Assembly (NCBI RefSeq): GCF_006345805.1
Contig: NC_042999.1
Location: forward strand, 4,960,001 to 5,024,000
Direction of reading: 5' to 3'
Length of the DNA: 64,000 nt
Source: Octopus sinensis
Lineage: Eukaryota
How positions within the stretch are numbered: the stretch's first letter is position 1; every line of letters begins with the position of its first letter. Positions 25,814-38,071 of the stretch are shown here, piece after piece. Made by a program: the position numbers and the translations under genes. The notes under the pieces were generated by a model. That model saw only the letters and a list, made by a program, of their open reading frames with translations, made no database searches and was not told where the DNA came from.

Positions 25814-26490
25814 CATTTAACATCCGTTTTCCATGCTGGCATGGCTTGGATGGTTTGACTGAGGTCTGGAGAGCCAGCAACTGCACCAGGCTTCAACCTG
25901 ATCTGACAATGTTTCTACAGCTGGATGCCCTTCCTAATGCTAACCACTCTAGTGGGTGTTTTTTACATGCCACCGCCACAGGAGCCAATCAGGGGACATT
26001 GGCATTGGCCACATTCGGATGTTACATTTTATGTTGCACTGGCACAGGAGCCAGTCAGCAGACTTGGTCGCCTAGGTAGCGGAAGCTATCAACTACTTCT
26101 AGTTTTTTCCCCTGACATGTGATGGAATCCGTTTTCAGTGTTTATTGCCCCAGTGCATCTCCCACACGCAAAAACTATCTTCCCAGTTAACCTTCCTTTG
26201 ATATTGCTGCACCTTTTATGTGTCCATAGCTTACACTGAGTACATCGTATGGAGTTTCTACTCACACCTTTTCTACTGCTCAAGCAGGGCCATCTACCTG
26301 AAGGGGCTTGATTTGTCAGCCATCCTACTTACTAAGACTTTGGTTTTTGCTAGGTTAACCCATTAGATCCTTCAATTCTAGACCTTGCTTCCACACCCTA
26401 AACTTTGTCTCTAGTTCTGGCGGTGACTCGGCTATTAGAGGAGCTCTCAGGGGCAGCCTGTCTTGAATTCCTCTGTTATTACCTGGAGAT
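25812..26490 (-). mobile_element. Internally deleted RTE copy (RT/PHD fragment joined to family-A 3'UTR)
   Basis: RKGVSRNSIRCTQCKLWTHKRCSN matches 63250-63330; family-A tail lies downstream on the same strand. Confidence 0.75.
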
Positions 26491-27685
26491 GATTGTTATA
26501 TTTTTTTGATAACATAATAGGTTAGAAAGGATGAGATCTATAAGTGCAAGTATTCCCTCATCTATGTGTGTATTCATTTGCTGGTTGTGTACACTGTGGA
26601 AAGCGTGTCTTAAGTTTTTTTGAATGTTGCATTGGGGCAGGCATGGCTGTTCCCAACTACATAGTTCTAGGCTCAATCCCATTGTGTGGCATCTCGAGCA
26701 AGTGTCTTGTACTATATCCTCAGATCAACCAAAGCCTTGTGTGTGGATTTTGTAGATGGAAACCAAAACTATTTGTATGTGTGGGGCCGTTCGCCAGCTT
26801 CGTCTGGCACCTGTGTCGGTGGCACATAAAAAACACCATCCGAGCGTGGCCGTTCGCCAGCCTCGTCTGGCACCTGTGTCAGTGGCACATAAAAAGCACC
26901 CACTACACTCACGGAGTGGTTGGCGTTAGGAAGGGCATCCAGCTGTAGAAACTTTGCCAGATCGGACTGGAGCCTGGTGCAGCCTTTGGGCTTCCCAGAC
27001 CCCAGTTGAACCGTCCAACCCATGCTAGCATGGAAAACGGACGTTATACGACGATGATGTACATGAACCCTTGATACACATATCTTTTATGTCAGTCATT
27101 TAACTGTAAACTGATTTGAATGTTACTTGTCAAACTTGGTAGATTAAAATGGGTAATGCCTTGTGGAAATGAGCTAACTTCCTGATATTTGTATTATTTA
27201 AAATAATTAATTGCAACTGCTTTGCATGTGAAAGAGTTCATGTTTTCAGTGCAGGTGTGGCTTGTGTGGTTTAGAAGCTTGCTTCCCAACCATGTGGTCT
27301 CAGGTTCAGTTCCATTGTGTGGCACCTTGGGCAGATGTCTTTTACTGTAGCCCCGGGTCTACCCAGTGCCTTGTGAGTTGATTTGGTAAACAGAAACTGA
27401 AGGAAGCCCATATGTGTATGGACCCTTGTCTTGATATCATGAGATGATTGTGAACAAGTGGCTTTATCATAAAAGCAGTGTTACTTGTTTCCAATGTTTG
27501 GCCTTACTTGGAAACAGGTGAGGGTTGGCAACAGGAAAGGCATCCAGCTGTAGAATATCTGCCTCAGCAAATTCTGTTTGACCCAAGCAAGTATGGAAGA
27601 GGGTGTTAAATGATGATTGATTTAATTTTTTTTTTTTTATTTTAGTTTGCTGAAATCTCCATGATTTTTTTTTCTCCCTGTTTAG

Positions 27686-27763
27686 GTGTTCCAGACAGCA
27701 CGGACTCCACAGAAAAGCAATGATTTTTTCTCTAAAGCCATGGAATATGTTTTTGGCTGGTAG
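27686..27763 (+). CDS. NUP35: NUP35 last coding exon (VFQTARTPQKSNDFFSKAMEYVFGW*)
   Basis: tttag acceptor, TAG at 27761-27763; conserved C-terminal amphipathic helix. Confidence 0.95.
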   Translation: MFQTARTPQKSNDFFSKAMEYVFGW

Positions 27764-27946
27764 ATTACATCAATATTTTAAGTCCGTATATCATTTTAGG
27801 ATTAAAGAAGAAGAAAAATTCAAAAATGTTTAAACTAGGGGATTTAATGTTTATATTTTTTGGTATATAATTAATCCATCTCCGAAAGTTTCTGCTTTAT
27901 TTTTGTATAAGTCACCTTTGTACAAAGCTGTCGTTAATAATTAAAT

Positions 27947-27957
27947 AATAAATTAAA
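27947..27957 (+). promoter_or_regulatory. Candidate NUP35 polyadenylation signal (AATAAA overlapping ATTAAA)
   Basis: About 185 nt after the stop codon. Confidence 0.5.
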
Positions 27958-29088
27958 AGCAACTCTAAGTAATGTAACCATTATCAATCACCTGTGGAAT
28001 GGCATCCAGGAAAAGCTCCCAATTAAAGAACACCTGAATGTCACACGTAGCTTGGTCTGTGATGTTCAGGGGTTCTTTAACCCTCAGCATTGTTCAGGGA
28101 GCTTTCCCCAGACGCTATCCCGCAGCAAATTTGGTGTATAAACAAAGCACATTACACTATGTATGCGTGACTGATAATAATACCATTGTTAATAACTTAC
28201 ATATTAGATACTGCTCTGACGAGCCATTCATCAACACCTTGTTACCTTAGCGACCACCCAATCTGGTACCCTGCCCAATTGACAGTACCATCCACATGTA
28301 ATCTGGTGGTAACTAAGGAAACTAGAGATTAACAAATGGCTTTTGAGAGGTAAAAAGAAGGGCAGAGAACTGATGTATAACAATTTCTATAAGTTAGATT
28401 CAATCAGTTTAGATAAAATTATTTTTTTAATGCTGCTTTTTGGATTTGGATTAGTTGTTGCTTTGGCATATCAGTTTAATTACCCAATTATTAATCTTAA
28501 TTACGAGAGATTTTAGCCTCTGTTTAATTTACATATATTTTAATCCATAACTTTTAAGATCTGTCGCTAACATTTTAGACTTTGGTTGAAGTTTGCTTTT
28601 CACTGAAACCCCCCCCCCCCCGCTTAATATTTTCCCCAATGCCTTTTGTGATTGTAAAGATATTTTGTTTACCTGTGTAAATTTTGTAAATATATACATA
28701 TGTATATAACTATGTCGAACTTTTAAACGAGTAAACAGGAGAAATTAATAATTATGAATGACACTATACAGCAAATAATTTATAATTTTTGTATATAGAC
28801 ACAGATTTAAAGGAAGATAGGCTCCTGAACCCAAAGTGAATGAGAGAGAGAAAGCAATGTATCCCATAACCAGACGATCATTTCATATATAAGGAACTGA
28901 ACTCAGGAGGTACTCAAGCCTGGGGTTGCATGTTCCCTCTCGTTCACTTATAAATTGTACATTTATTTGCTATACAGTTTTCCCATAATTATTTAAAGAC
29001 TGCAAGTTGAAAGGTTCGTCCTTGACCCTGTTTATACCAACTTGCTTGAAACTGCTCTTGATCCACTTGGTACAATGTTCCCGTTTAA

Positions 29089-29675
29089 GGCGGCGAGCTG
29101 GCAGAAACGTTAGCACGCCGGGTGAAATGCTTAGCAGTATTTCGTCTGCCATTACGTTATAAGTTCAAATTCCGCCGAGGTCAACTTTACCTTTCATCCT
29201 TTCGGAGTCAATAAATTAAGTACCAGTTACGCACTGGGGTTGATATAATCGACTTAATCCGTTTGTCTGTCCTTGTTTGTCCCCTCTGTGTTTAGCCCTT
29301 TGTGGGTAGTAAAGAAATAAGTATTTCGTCTGCCGTTACATTCTGAGTTCAAATTCTGCCGAGGTCGACTTTGCCTTTCATCCTTTTGGGGTCGATTAAA
29401 TAAGTACCAGTTACGCACTGGGGTTGATATAATCGACTTAATCCGTTTGTCCTCTCTCTGTTTAGCCCCTTGTGGGTAGTAAAGAAATAGGTATTTCGTT
29501 TGCCGTTACGTCCTGAGTTCAAATTCCGCCGAGGTCGACTTTGCCTTTCATCCTTTCATGGTCGATAAATTAAGTACCAGTTACGCACTGGGGTCAATAT
29601 AATCGGCTTAATCCGTTTGTCTGTCCTTGTTTGTCCTCTCTGTGTTTAGCCCCTTGTGGGTAGTAAAGAAATAAG
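29089..29675 (+). mobile_element. Family C SINE trimer
   Basis: One head, three bodies, 18/19-bp TSD TACAATGTTCCCGTTT(T)AA. Confidence 0.85.
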
Positions 29676-30068
29676 TACAATGTTCCCGTTTTAAACTGGT
29701 CTAGACTAAAAACCTTCCATCAAAATTTCCTGTTAATTTGTATTCGAGTCCCCTGATTAATAATGAGTTATTTTTTTTAACCCTTTAGCATTCAAACTAA
29801 AAATAATCACATTGAAATCTCAAACTTATGGGATAATGCAAGATTAATTCAAAGGAATGTGAATAAGTAAGCTTTAATTATGACAGTAATCTGAATAAGC
29901 ACTAACGAGTTAAATTATTTTCAAATTTAATTGAAAAAAGAGGCAGAGTATTTTAACAGAAATATATAGACAAAAGGGTTAAACTTTGTTTTAATCCTAA
30001 AATTTCCTGCATGGCATGAATATGTGATATCTATATATGAAACAGACAGGTGGTTGTGTGTGTGCATG

Positions 30069-30455
30069 GAGGCGCAATGGCCCAGTGGTTAGGTAAGCGG
30101 ACTTGCGGTCATAGGATTGCAGTTTCGATTCCCAGACCGGGCGTTGTGAGTGTTTATTGAGCGAAAACAACTAAAAGATCCACGAGGCTCCGGCAGGGAT
30201 GGTGGTGATCCCTGCTGTACTCTTTCACCACAACTTTCTCTCACTCTTACTTCCTGTTTCTGTTGTACCTGTATTTCAAGGGGCCAGCCTTGTCACTCTC
30301 TGTGTCACGCTGAATATCCCCGAGAACTACGTTAAGGGTGCACGTGTCTGTGGAGTGCTCAGCCACTTACACGTTAATTTCACGAGCAGGCTGTTCCGTT
30401 GATTCGGATCAACCGGAATCCTCATCGTCGTAACCGACAGAGTGCTTCCATCCAT
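30069..30455 (+). mobile_element. tRNA-derived SINE (family D); second copy at about 30847-31180
   Basis: A-box TGGCCCAGTGG, B-box GTTTCGATTCCC; the two copies share the body. Confidence 0.7.
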
Positions 30456-32302
30456 CCATGTGTGTGTGTGTGTGCACATGTGAAAGGATTTATCTGTGAT
30501 GATGTAAGACGGAGTCTGGATCTTAAAATTGTCAATGCCACATGGAAGTTTTATACATCTGTAATTTGTATCCTGTAAAAGATTAAGTTTGAATCACAAT
30601 TAAAATTTTACAGCTTTTTTCTTTTTTTCCTTTTCTTTGTGTTACATGAATGAAATTTTTTCTTTTTTGCAGAGGAATATTTGTAAAACTTACAACTGGC
30701 CAAGTGTCTTCTCTATAATAAGACAAATATCTTTGTCCCTCTATCGTTCTCTTACCTCGTAAAGGCGTGTGGCTCTTGAAAAGTGATACTAACCTAAGAG
30801 GGATGCTAAACACTAAACAGTGCGGTACCCAGCTTCAGATATTTACATTGTGTGAAGGTGCATGGCTTTGAGGTAAGGGGTACTTATCTCATGATCATAA
30901 GGTTGGGAGTTTGGTTTCCTCCGGTGCTTTGTGTCCCTGCACAAGACACATTATTTCGCATTGCTCCAGTTTGCTCAGCTGGCAACAAAAGAGGTGTGCC
31001 TATATTTCAAAGGGCCAGCCTTGTCACATTGTATGTCCCACCAAATCTCTGAGAATTACGTTTTAAGGGTATACATGTCTGTGGAGTGCTCAGCCACTTG
31101 TATGTGAATTTCATGAGCAGGCTGTTCCACTGATTGGATCAACTGGAACGCTCATCCTTATAACCGATGGAGTGCCAGTTAGCCCCTTCTTGCCTTGCAC
31201 ACAGCCACTTCACCCTTGGGTTCCACTCCTTCTCTCACCTAAGAGGACTTTGTCTTCAAAGTTACTTGGCAACCCCTGCTGGTACTAGACCCATGTGAAA
31301 AGCACCCAGTCCACATTCTGTAAAGTGGTTGGCATTGGGAAGGGCATCCAGCTGTAGAAACCTTGCCAAAACAAACAATTGGAGCCTGGTGCTGCCCTCT
31401 GGCTTGCCAGCTCCTGTCAAACCGTCCAACCATGCCAGCATGGAAAATGGATGTTTGATGATGATGATTGGCAAATAAAGTCCCCCCGCCAACCCAACGT
31501 CAATGCTCTAAAGTGGCCAGTCTCAGGCCTTCTTGACCATTACTCATCTGCTTGGAATTATGTCAGTGTTGTAAGGTTGATGTTTTTAGCAAAGCTGAAA
31601 CAATTGTAGTCAGATTTTTTTCCAGTTACCAAAAAACAGGAAGAAAGAGAAAAATAAGGAAAGAAAAAACATATTTTATAAATGGTTCGTTTATTTCGAG
31701 TTTTAAATAGAATAATTTATTTTATATAAATGATTTCAGTATTTTTTTTTAAATAGATTGCGGAGTGTGGGTTGACAGTTTCATCTGTTGATGTACAAAT
31801 ATCCAAGACACTTGCTTCTTTTTCTTATTTTTTTTTCATTTTCTTTTGTTTTAGGGGAATGGATTAAAAATCATAATTTATTGTTGAACGCTGACTATTC
31901 CTGTTTTACTCTTCACTATAAATATATAAGTTTATGTCAGCATTATTATACTGCATATTATATTATAGCTAGCTATAAGCAGTAGAATTATCTGTTAAAT
32001 AAAATAAAAAAGTCTAAGATAGGTTTCTGACCCAAAAGCATTTCACCTTTAAATAATAATAATAAAAAATTAGGTGGATCCATTGTTGAAAGAATGATTA
32101 AAAATTGCACCGGTTTTTAATTGCTTTGAGCTATATTTTAATTAGCTGTAAACAGGGCTACTATATTTCAGGTGTACCATTTTTAATTAGCTGTAATTAG
32201 AGCTAAAGTAGAGATAAAAACTAAGATAAATCTCTTGAAATAATGAATAAAAGAATGGATCTCAATGAAAAAAAAAAATTCATTCTTTAAATGTTTTGAC
32301 AT

Positions 32303-32405
32303 TTAAGCGACTCCGTATCCTTGGCTACCACAGTGAATAGCGACAAGGAGTCTGTCTTTTAGCTCTTCCATGGTGGGATAATCGGGCAGACGCATTAGAT
32401 TGATA
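32303..32405 (-). CDS. HACE1: HACE1 last exon ([11 protein letters not shown]...[10 protein letters not shown])
   Basis: tttcag acceptor; TAA at 32305-32303. Confidence 0.95.
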
Positions 32406-32814
32406 CTGAAATATGAAAAAAAAGAAACATTTTCATACATAATTACATTTAATGATGCACTTATTACAAGGGACTATTAAAACATGCCATGTCCACTATT
32501 TAAAAAACTGACCAGATCTAGCTTTTCATACCTACCCTTCAATGTCATTCTGAAAATAGTCCTATTATTGAAATTTCAAAGCTACGAGATAAAGCATGAT
32601 TAATTTAAAGCAATATGGATAAATAAGCCTTACATTTGATAGAGTAATCTGAATGCTGAAGTGTTTGTTTTTCTGGCAAACACACTTAGTTAAATCATCT
32701 GTAGAAATACGGTTTCAATAATGTATTATTATAAGCAAAGTTGGGCTGCGTTAAGCAAAACGTTAATTTTTAATCCATTGATCAAAAAGTTAACGTCGAT
32801 AACTGTGAATCAGT

Positions 32815-33051
32815 TCTGTTGTGTCTGGGGAGTGTCATTTTCTTTTTGTGCCTTATAATTTAACTCACACACTGGTAAAATTTCTTATTTTTATTTCCCT
32901 AAAATTTGCAAGTCAAGACTTTTGAAAAGGTTTCAAGACGCAACGAAAATTTTAGGAATATAAAAATAAGGAAAAAAAGTGGAAATTTTACCGGTGAGTG
33001 TGTTACATTATAAGGCACAAAAAGAAAATGACTCTCCCCAGACACAACAGA
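32815..33051. repeat. Palindromic MITE
   Basis: TCTGTTGTGTCTGGGGAG...CTCCCCAGACACAACAGA, with extended inverted arms. Confidence 0.75.
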
Positions 33052-34427
33052 CCAACTCATATAAAGAATCTTGCAAACGAAATGTGAATCAGTTAATGGA
33101 AGTTATTGATAAACCATTAACGTTAATTTTTATTATAGAAAAAAAAACAAAATTAGTTTTTACTCTAAATCCACCTAAAAACACCTTTAGCAATTAAACC
33201 GGCCATATCCGGCCAAAAGTATTCTGCCTGTTTTATGTTCAAACTGGCCAGATCTGGTCTCTCTCACCAATCCTACAATCTCGTTTTAAAAATTAACAGT
33301 TACCTCATCAAAATCTCAAAGCTACAAGATAATGCATGATTAGTTCAAAACAAAGTGGATAAAAAAGGATTAATTTTGGTAGAATAATGCAAGCACTAAA
33401 GGGTTAAAATGTGCCAAAACTATGAAATCATTAATTTCAATTCAATTGAAGTTAACTTTGGAAATCATTATTGGACTAATTGACTTAAGTTAGAGATCGT
33501 TAACGAAAATGTTAACTTCATTAATTAACAGTTTGGTGCCCAGATTTGATTATAAGAAACCAGTGGATTCTAGAAATTAAAACTCCTCACTGTATCAACA
33601 TTGTGACTTGGTTTTCAGTTAATCATTTCACAACACACCTTTTGAACATTTATACTTTTCTGAAAGCTTTTATTTTTCAGTGACTCTACAAGAAACCAGT
33701 AATATAACTTAAGATCATTCCCTCTCTCTCAGCCTCTTGCTTCAGCATGTTGCATTTGCCACCCATGACCACCACCACCATCCATAATGAAGTACTACTC
33801 CTACCCTTAACCCAAGGAAAGACCACCCAGCTGAGTAACGTGAAGTCAGTCACTTCCCAGCATCCTCCAATCCCTCAGCTGCACCCATGATGTGTCTCCT
33901 TTCTGTGTTTGGCTCCTTAAAGCTGTTGTCCTGCTGCTACTCCTTATGAATGGATTCTCTCAGATGCCACTATGAAAGGGTTGCTAAATGAAGAGAATCA
34001 ATGGGGGAGAGAGAGAGAGAGAATCTGCTGAATGTCGACCCAACAGAGGGACCGGCTATCCGAATTGACTACCTTGGTAGATAAAGCAATTGAGGGTATG
34101 AAAACAGTGTCGCCTATAGCCTAGTGAGAACTGTACAAGCCATGTACAGGGATGCTGTAAGGCGAGAGTTGGCAACGAGTATGGTGAAGAATTCTGGGTA
34201 GGGGCCCACCAGGGTTCAGTCCTCAGCCCCCTCCTATTTATCATAGTCCTCCAGGATTTCAAGATAGGATGCCCCTGGGAGCTTCTCTATGCTCTTATAC
34301 CATGATTCCCAATGTGGGGCATGGTAATATTTTGGTGAGACATGCATAGGGTTATGTTAAATTTATTGTTTTAGTATACCAATAACAGAATGAGTTATTA
34401 AAAGAAAATTCTTTACATTCCTTTCTG

Positions 34428-34530
34428 TGGACAATTTTATCAATTTTTGACACTTTAGAGACATCAGATAGTTTTCATCATATTCAAGATCTGATGTCTC
34501 TAAAGTGTCAAAAATTGATAAAATTGTCCA
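34428..34530. repeat. Perfect 42-bp inverted repeat with 19-nt loop
   Basis: 34428-34469 is the exact reverse complement of 34489-34530. Confidence 0.9.
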
Positions 34531-34806
34531 TAGAAGGGGTATGTGAAAACATGTAGGTAATTTACAAAATATGTGTACATGCGTATATGGATGTTTTTAA
34601 TGAAATTCTCTACAAATATGTGTTTTATATCATGTAGATTGCTAATATACAAAATTTTGGGGGGGAAGTGTTTTAGGAGGGGTTGGGGTGGGGAATTTCA
34701 CTGTAGTCCACTTCAAATCATAACTTTCAAGAAAATGGATATTTTTTTAATGAAATTCTCTACAAATTATACCTTGAACTCTGTAGATTCCGAGGACATG
34801 GGAATT

Positions 34807-35093
34807 TTGGGGGCTACTTTTGAGAACCGTTCCCCACTCGCAGGTGTTTCTGAACAGGTTGTTTCATTTTCTCCGTTTTGTGCGTTTGTGCATCCGTAGA
34901 TTTCTGCTGAAGCAGGGAAAGCAAATGAAGCCCTCACCAGAAAACTCGTTATGCTAAAAACAGCAGCTAAAGGTCTGGTACACAGAAATATGGTAGAACT
35001 ACGGATGCACAAAACAGAGAAAATGAAACAAAGATGGAGGACCTGTTCAGAAACACCCACGAGTGGAAAACAATTCTCAAAAATAGCCCCCAA
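34807..35093. mobile_element. MITE with about 100-bp TIRs
   Basis: TTGGGGGCTACTTTTGAGAA...TTCTCAAAAATAGCCCCCAA. Confidence 0.7.
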
Positions 35094-35827
35094 TTGTTTT
35101 CGGGTGCTTTTTACATGACACCAGTGCTCACAGGGTCACCAAGTAATTCGGCTGAGTGGAGGGAGTAGTAGAGAGGGTGGTGGTGGTGATGGCTTTATGT
35201 CAGTGAAGAGATTAGGAGGACAGATAGGTGTCTTGATGTATGGGAGACACGTAGTAGCACCAGTTAAAAAAGAAAGGAGAGAGAGTTATGATGAGACAGG
35301 CATAGACTATAGCTAAAGTGTTGTACTTATTGAGGCAGTGGCCATATGTGCAACGGGGCTTTCTTTATATTTAACCAAAGTAACAGGCTGTACCTTAAGT
35401 AAACCTAATTACTGTTAAAGCTAATTGGATGCTGGAATTACTTTTAAATGAATTTGTAAAATCGTTCATCTCATGAAATGACAGCGAAAAGATAGCCACG
35501 TGAGTACCATAATGCAAACACCTCATAAAAATCAAATTAACTGCAGTATTCATCTCTTTGCTGTGCCAAGAAGCAGAGGAAAAAGGTTTCAGTGCTTAGG
35601 GAGAATGTTAAACCCAGTTCTGTCCCACTAGGGGCATTTTTAAACACACCATCCATAAGAGAGGATTTCTGGATGAATGCTGCAGTAAATTTGTTTTCTT
35701 TGCAATGTATTTACATTAAGTATGATACACAGATGACTATTTTAATCAAATACAGATTCTGTTGCATATGACAAGAGCAAAAGGAGGTTTATATGAGAGA
35801 ATACTGAAAATATAAAACTGGACATAC

Positions 35828-35941
35828 CAGGTGCTGGCAGTTGGTAAGCATCCAGGGCTATAAGCCATGTGGTTGACAGAAAACTTTTGAGTGCTTCCAA
35901 CACCATTTAGATTAGCAAACCCTCCATATGGCACTCGAGAA
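35828..35941 (-). CDS. HACE1: HACE1 exon (SRVPYGGFANL...LPTAST + first 2 nt of the catalytic Cys codon)
   Basis: ttttag acceptor, GTATGT donor, phases 2/2. Confidence 0.95.
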
Positions 35942-36480
35942 CTAAAACAAAAAAATAAAAAAGGATTTTAAAAAACACGCAAGAATCTGATGGGATCTCT
36001 TTCCTTAAGAGATTAAGACAACTCTTAATCAACATGTAATTCACATTCAAGATACAGCTGTGTTTCGGTCAAAGCTACTCCACCAGACCAATGAAGTTTT
36101 TTTATTTTATAGAAAATCAAGAGACAAATTACTTGCTGGTGTCTGCCAAACAGATAATAATTCATGGGGTGCACACACTATCCAAACAAGGTATCATCTA
36201 AAGGAGGTGATTCTCTGATGATGAAAATCAACAGCATTCAGATATTCATGTTTAAATCTGCCAAAACATATTCTTGTCTTATTTATTTATTGCCCACAAG
36301 GGGCTAAACATAGAGACGACAAACAAAGGGATTAAGTTGATTAGATCGATCCCAGTGCGTAACTGGTACTTAATTTATCGACCCCGAAAGGATGAAAGGC
36401 AAAGTCGAACTTGGTGGAATTTGAACTCAGAACACCGCTAAGCATTTCGCCCAGCATGCTAACGACTGTCAGCTCGCTGC

Positions 36481-36876
36481 CTTCTTTCTTCTTGTCTTGA
36501 GACAGCATTCACCCAGGGTGGGTTGAGCTGGCTTCATTTATCCTCAATGCTGCATCTCTCACAAACACCGACCAGGCCTGGCGATTTGAGGCTAACGGCC
36601 GCGTGATCTCCAACCACCCCCTATTCCAGTGGCGAATGCCGTAGACATGGGGGCCTAGGTTGGGTTCCAGATCAGCCTTGACTGTCATCAGCCAGGTTTT
36701 TCATTGTCCACCACATCGCTTTCGCCAACTCTGAGGGTGAGCTGGGGCAATTGCTTCGTAGATGAATTCTCCTGGTTGACGACGGAGGGCATGACCCAGC
36801 CAACGCAGACGTCTCGTTAGGATGTTGAGAGAGAATGAATACGTTATTGTTGGGATTTTCACTGTTAGGTGAGCAC
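36481..36876 (-). mobile_element. RTE-clade LINE 3' fragment (third family)
   Basis: RRLRWLGHALRR...GGQ*KTW...GPHVYGIRHWNRGW...ASSTHPG*, followed by a short repeat tail. Confidence 0.75.
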
Positions 36877-38000
36877 TTACTCTTTTGCTTGTTTCAGTCA
36901 TTTGACTGCGGCCATGCTGGAGCACCACCTTTAGTCGAGCAAATCGACCCCAGGACTTATTCTTTGTAATCTCAGTACTTATTCTATCGGTTTCTTTTGC
37001 TGAACCGTTAAGTGACGGGGACGTAAACACTCCAGCATCAGTTGTCAAGCAATGCTAGAGGGACAAATACAGACACACAAACATATACACACACATACAT
37101 ATATATACATATATACGACAGGCTTCTTTCAGTTTCCGTCTACCAAATCCACTCACAAGGCTATAGCAGAAGACACTTGCCTAAGATGCCACGCAGTGGG
37201 ACTGAACCCGGAACCATGTGGTTGGTTAGCAAGCTACTTACTACACACAGCCACTCCCGCACCTATGTGGGATAATAATTGCTGAATTATTATTTCTATT
37301 TTCAGTTTGAAAGATTCTTGATGTGAATCTAAGTGCTGAAATACAAGGCAGACCTTGAAGAGGGGAGACATGTCACTGATGAAGCCATGATAGTAGCAAA
37401 AAGGACAAACAACTGATTGAGTGTTTAACACATTAAACAATCGATCAGATATTTAACCAATTAACTAACAATAGAGAAGTGATATTGAACCAGTGCATGT
37501 GTTTATTACTATTGATGTAATGACCCTCCCATTTCAAAATTTCTTATTTCTTTATTGCCCACAAGGGGCTAAACATAGAGGGGACAGACAAAGGGATTAA
37601 GTCAATTTTATTGACCCCGAAAGGATGAAAGGCAAAGTCGACCTCAGCGGAATTTGAACTCAGAACGTAACGGCAGACGAAATACTGATAAGCATTTCAC
37701 CCGGCGTGCTAACATTCTGCTTGCTCACCACCATTTCAAAATTTCTATAAAACCGTCCAGCTACTGGATACAAAACGAATGGTCATCAAAGTATTCTTTA
37801 CATGAGAACAAGGGTTTAAATGACCCTTCTCTTCACTGATTGGAATTTGATTTAGACAAATATTCACACAAATGGGATTTAAATTTAAGAGACATGATTA
37901 AATATTGCAGAATATTTTGATCAGGACCCAGCACCAGCAGCAATTAAGAATGAGTAATTAAATGAGGTGTGACTATAATACAAGAAGCGGAGGAACATAC

Positions 38001-38071
38001 CTGCCAGTTACAAATTGTAGCAGCATGATGCGTTCTGGTACAGAGATTTCTTCAAGGACGTCCCAGAACCA
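38001..38071 (-). CDS. HACE1: HACE1 exon (WFWDVLEE...LLQFVTG)
   Basis: ttccag acceptor, GTATGT donor, phases 0/2. Confidence 0.95.

Larger units (their letters stand above)
8243..27763 (+). other. NUP35: Nucleoporin NUP35/NUP53 gene, coding span (10 coding exons, about 352 aa)
   Basis: Spliced translation contains QYLPGYLLGD, KDRSAAPPVQS, SPTQMDPFYTQG, the RRM ([59 protein letters not shown]) and C-terminal SKAMEYVFGW, all matching NUP35 orthologues as I recall them. Confidence 0.96.

Noticed and set aside
28000-28330. More GC-balanced stretch after the NUP35 poly(A) signal, including CTGACGA
   Set aside because: No recognisable protein in the frames I translated and no GAAA or stems to complete a ribozyme.
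30069-30145. tRNA genes here and at 51983-52089 and the family B/C heads
   Set aside because: A and B boxes are present but there is no complete cloverleaf, and each runs into a SINE body or tail.
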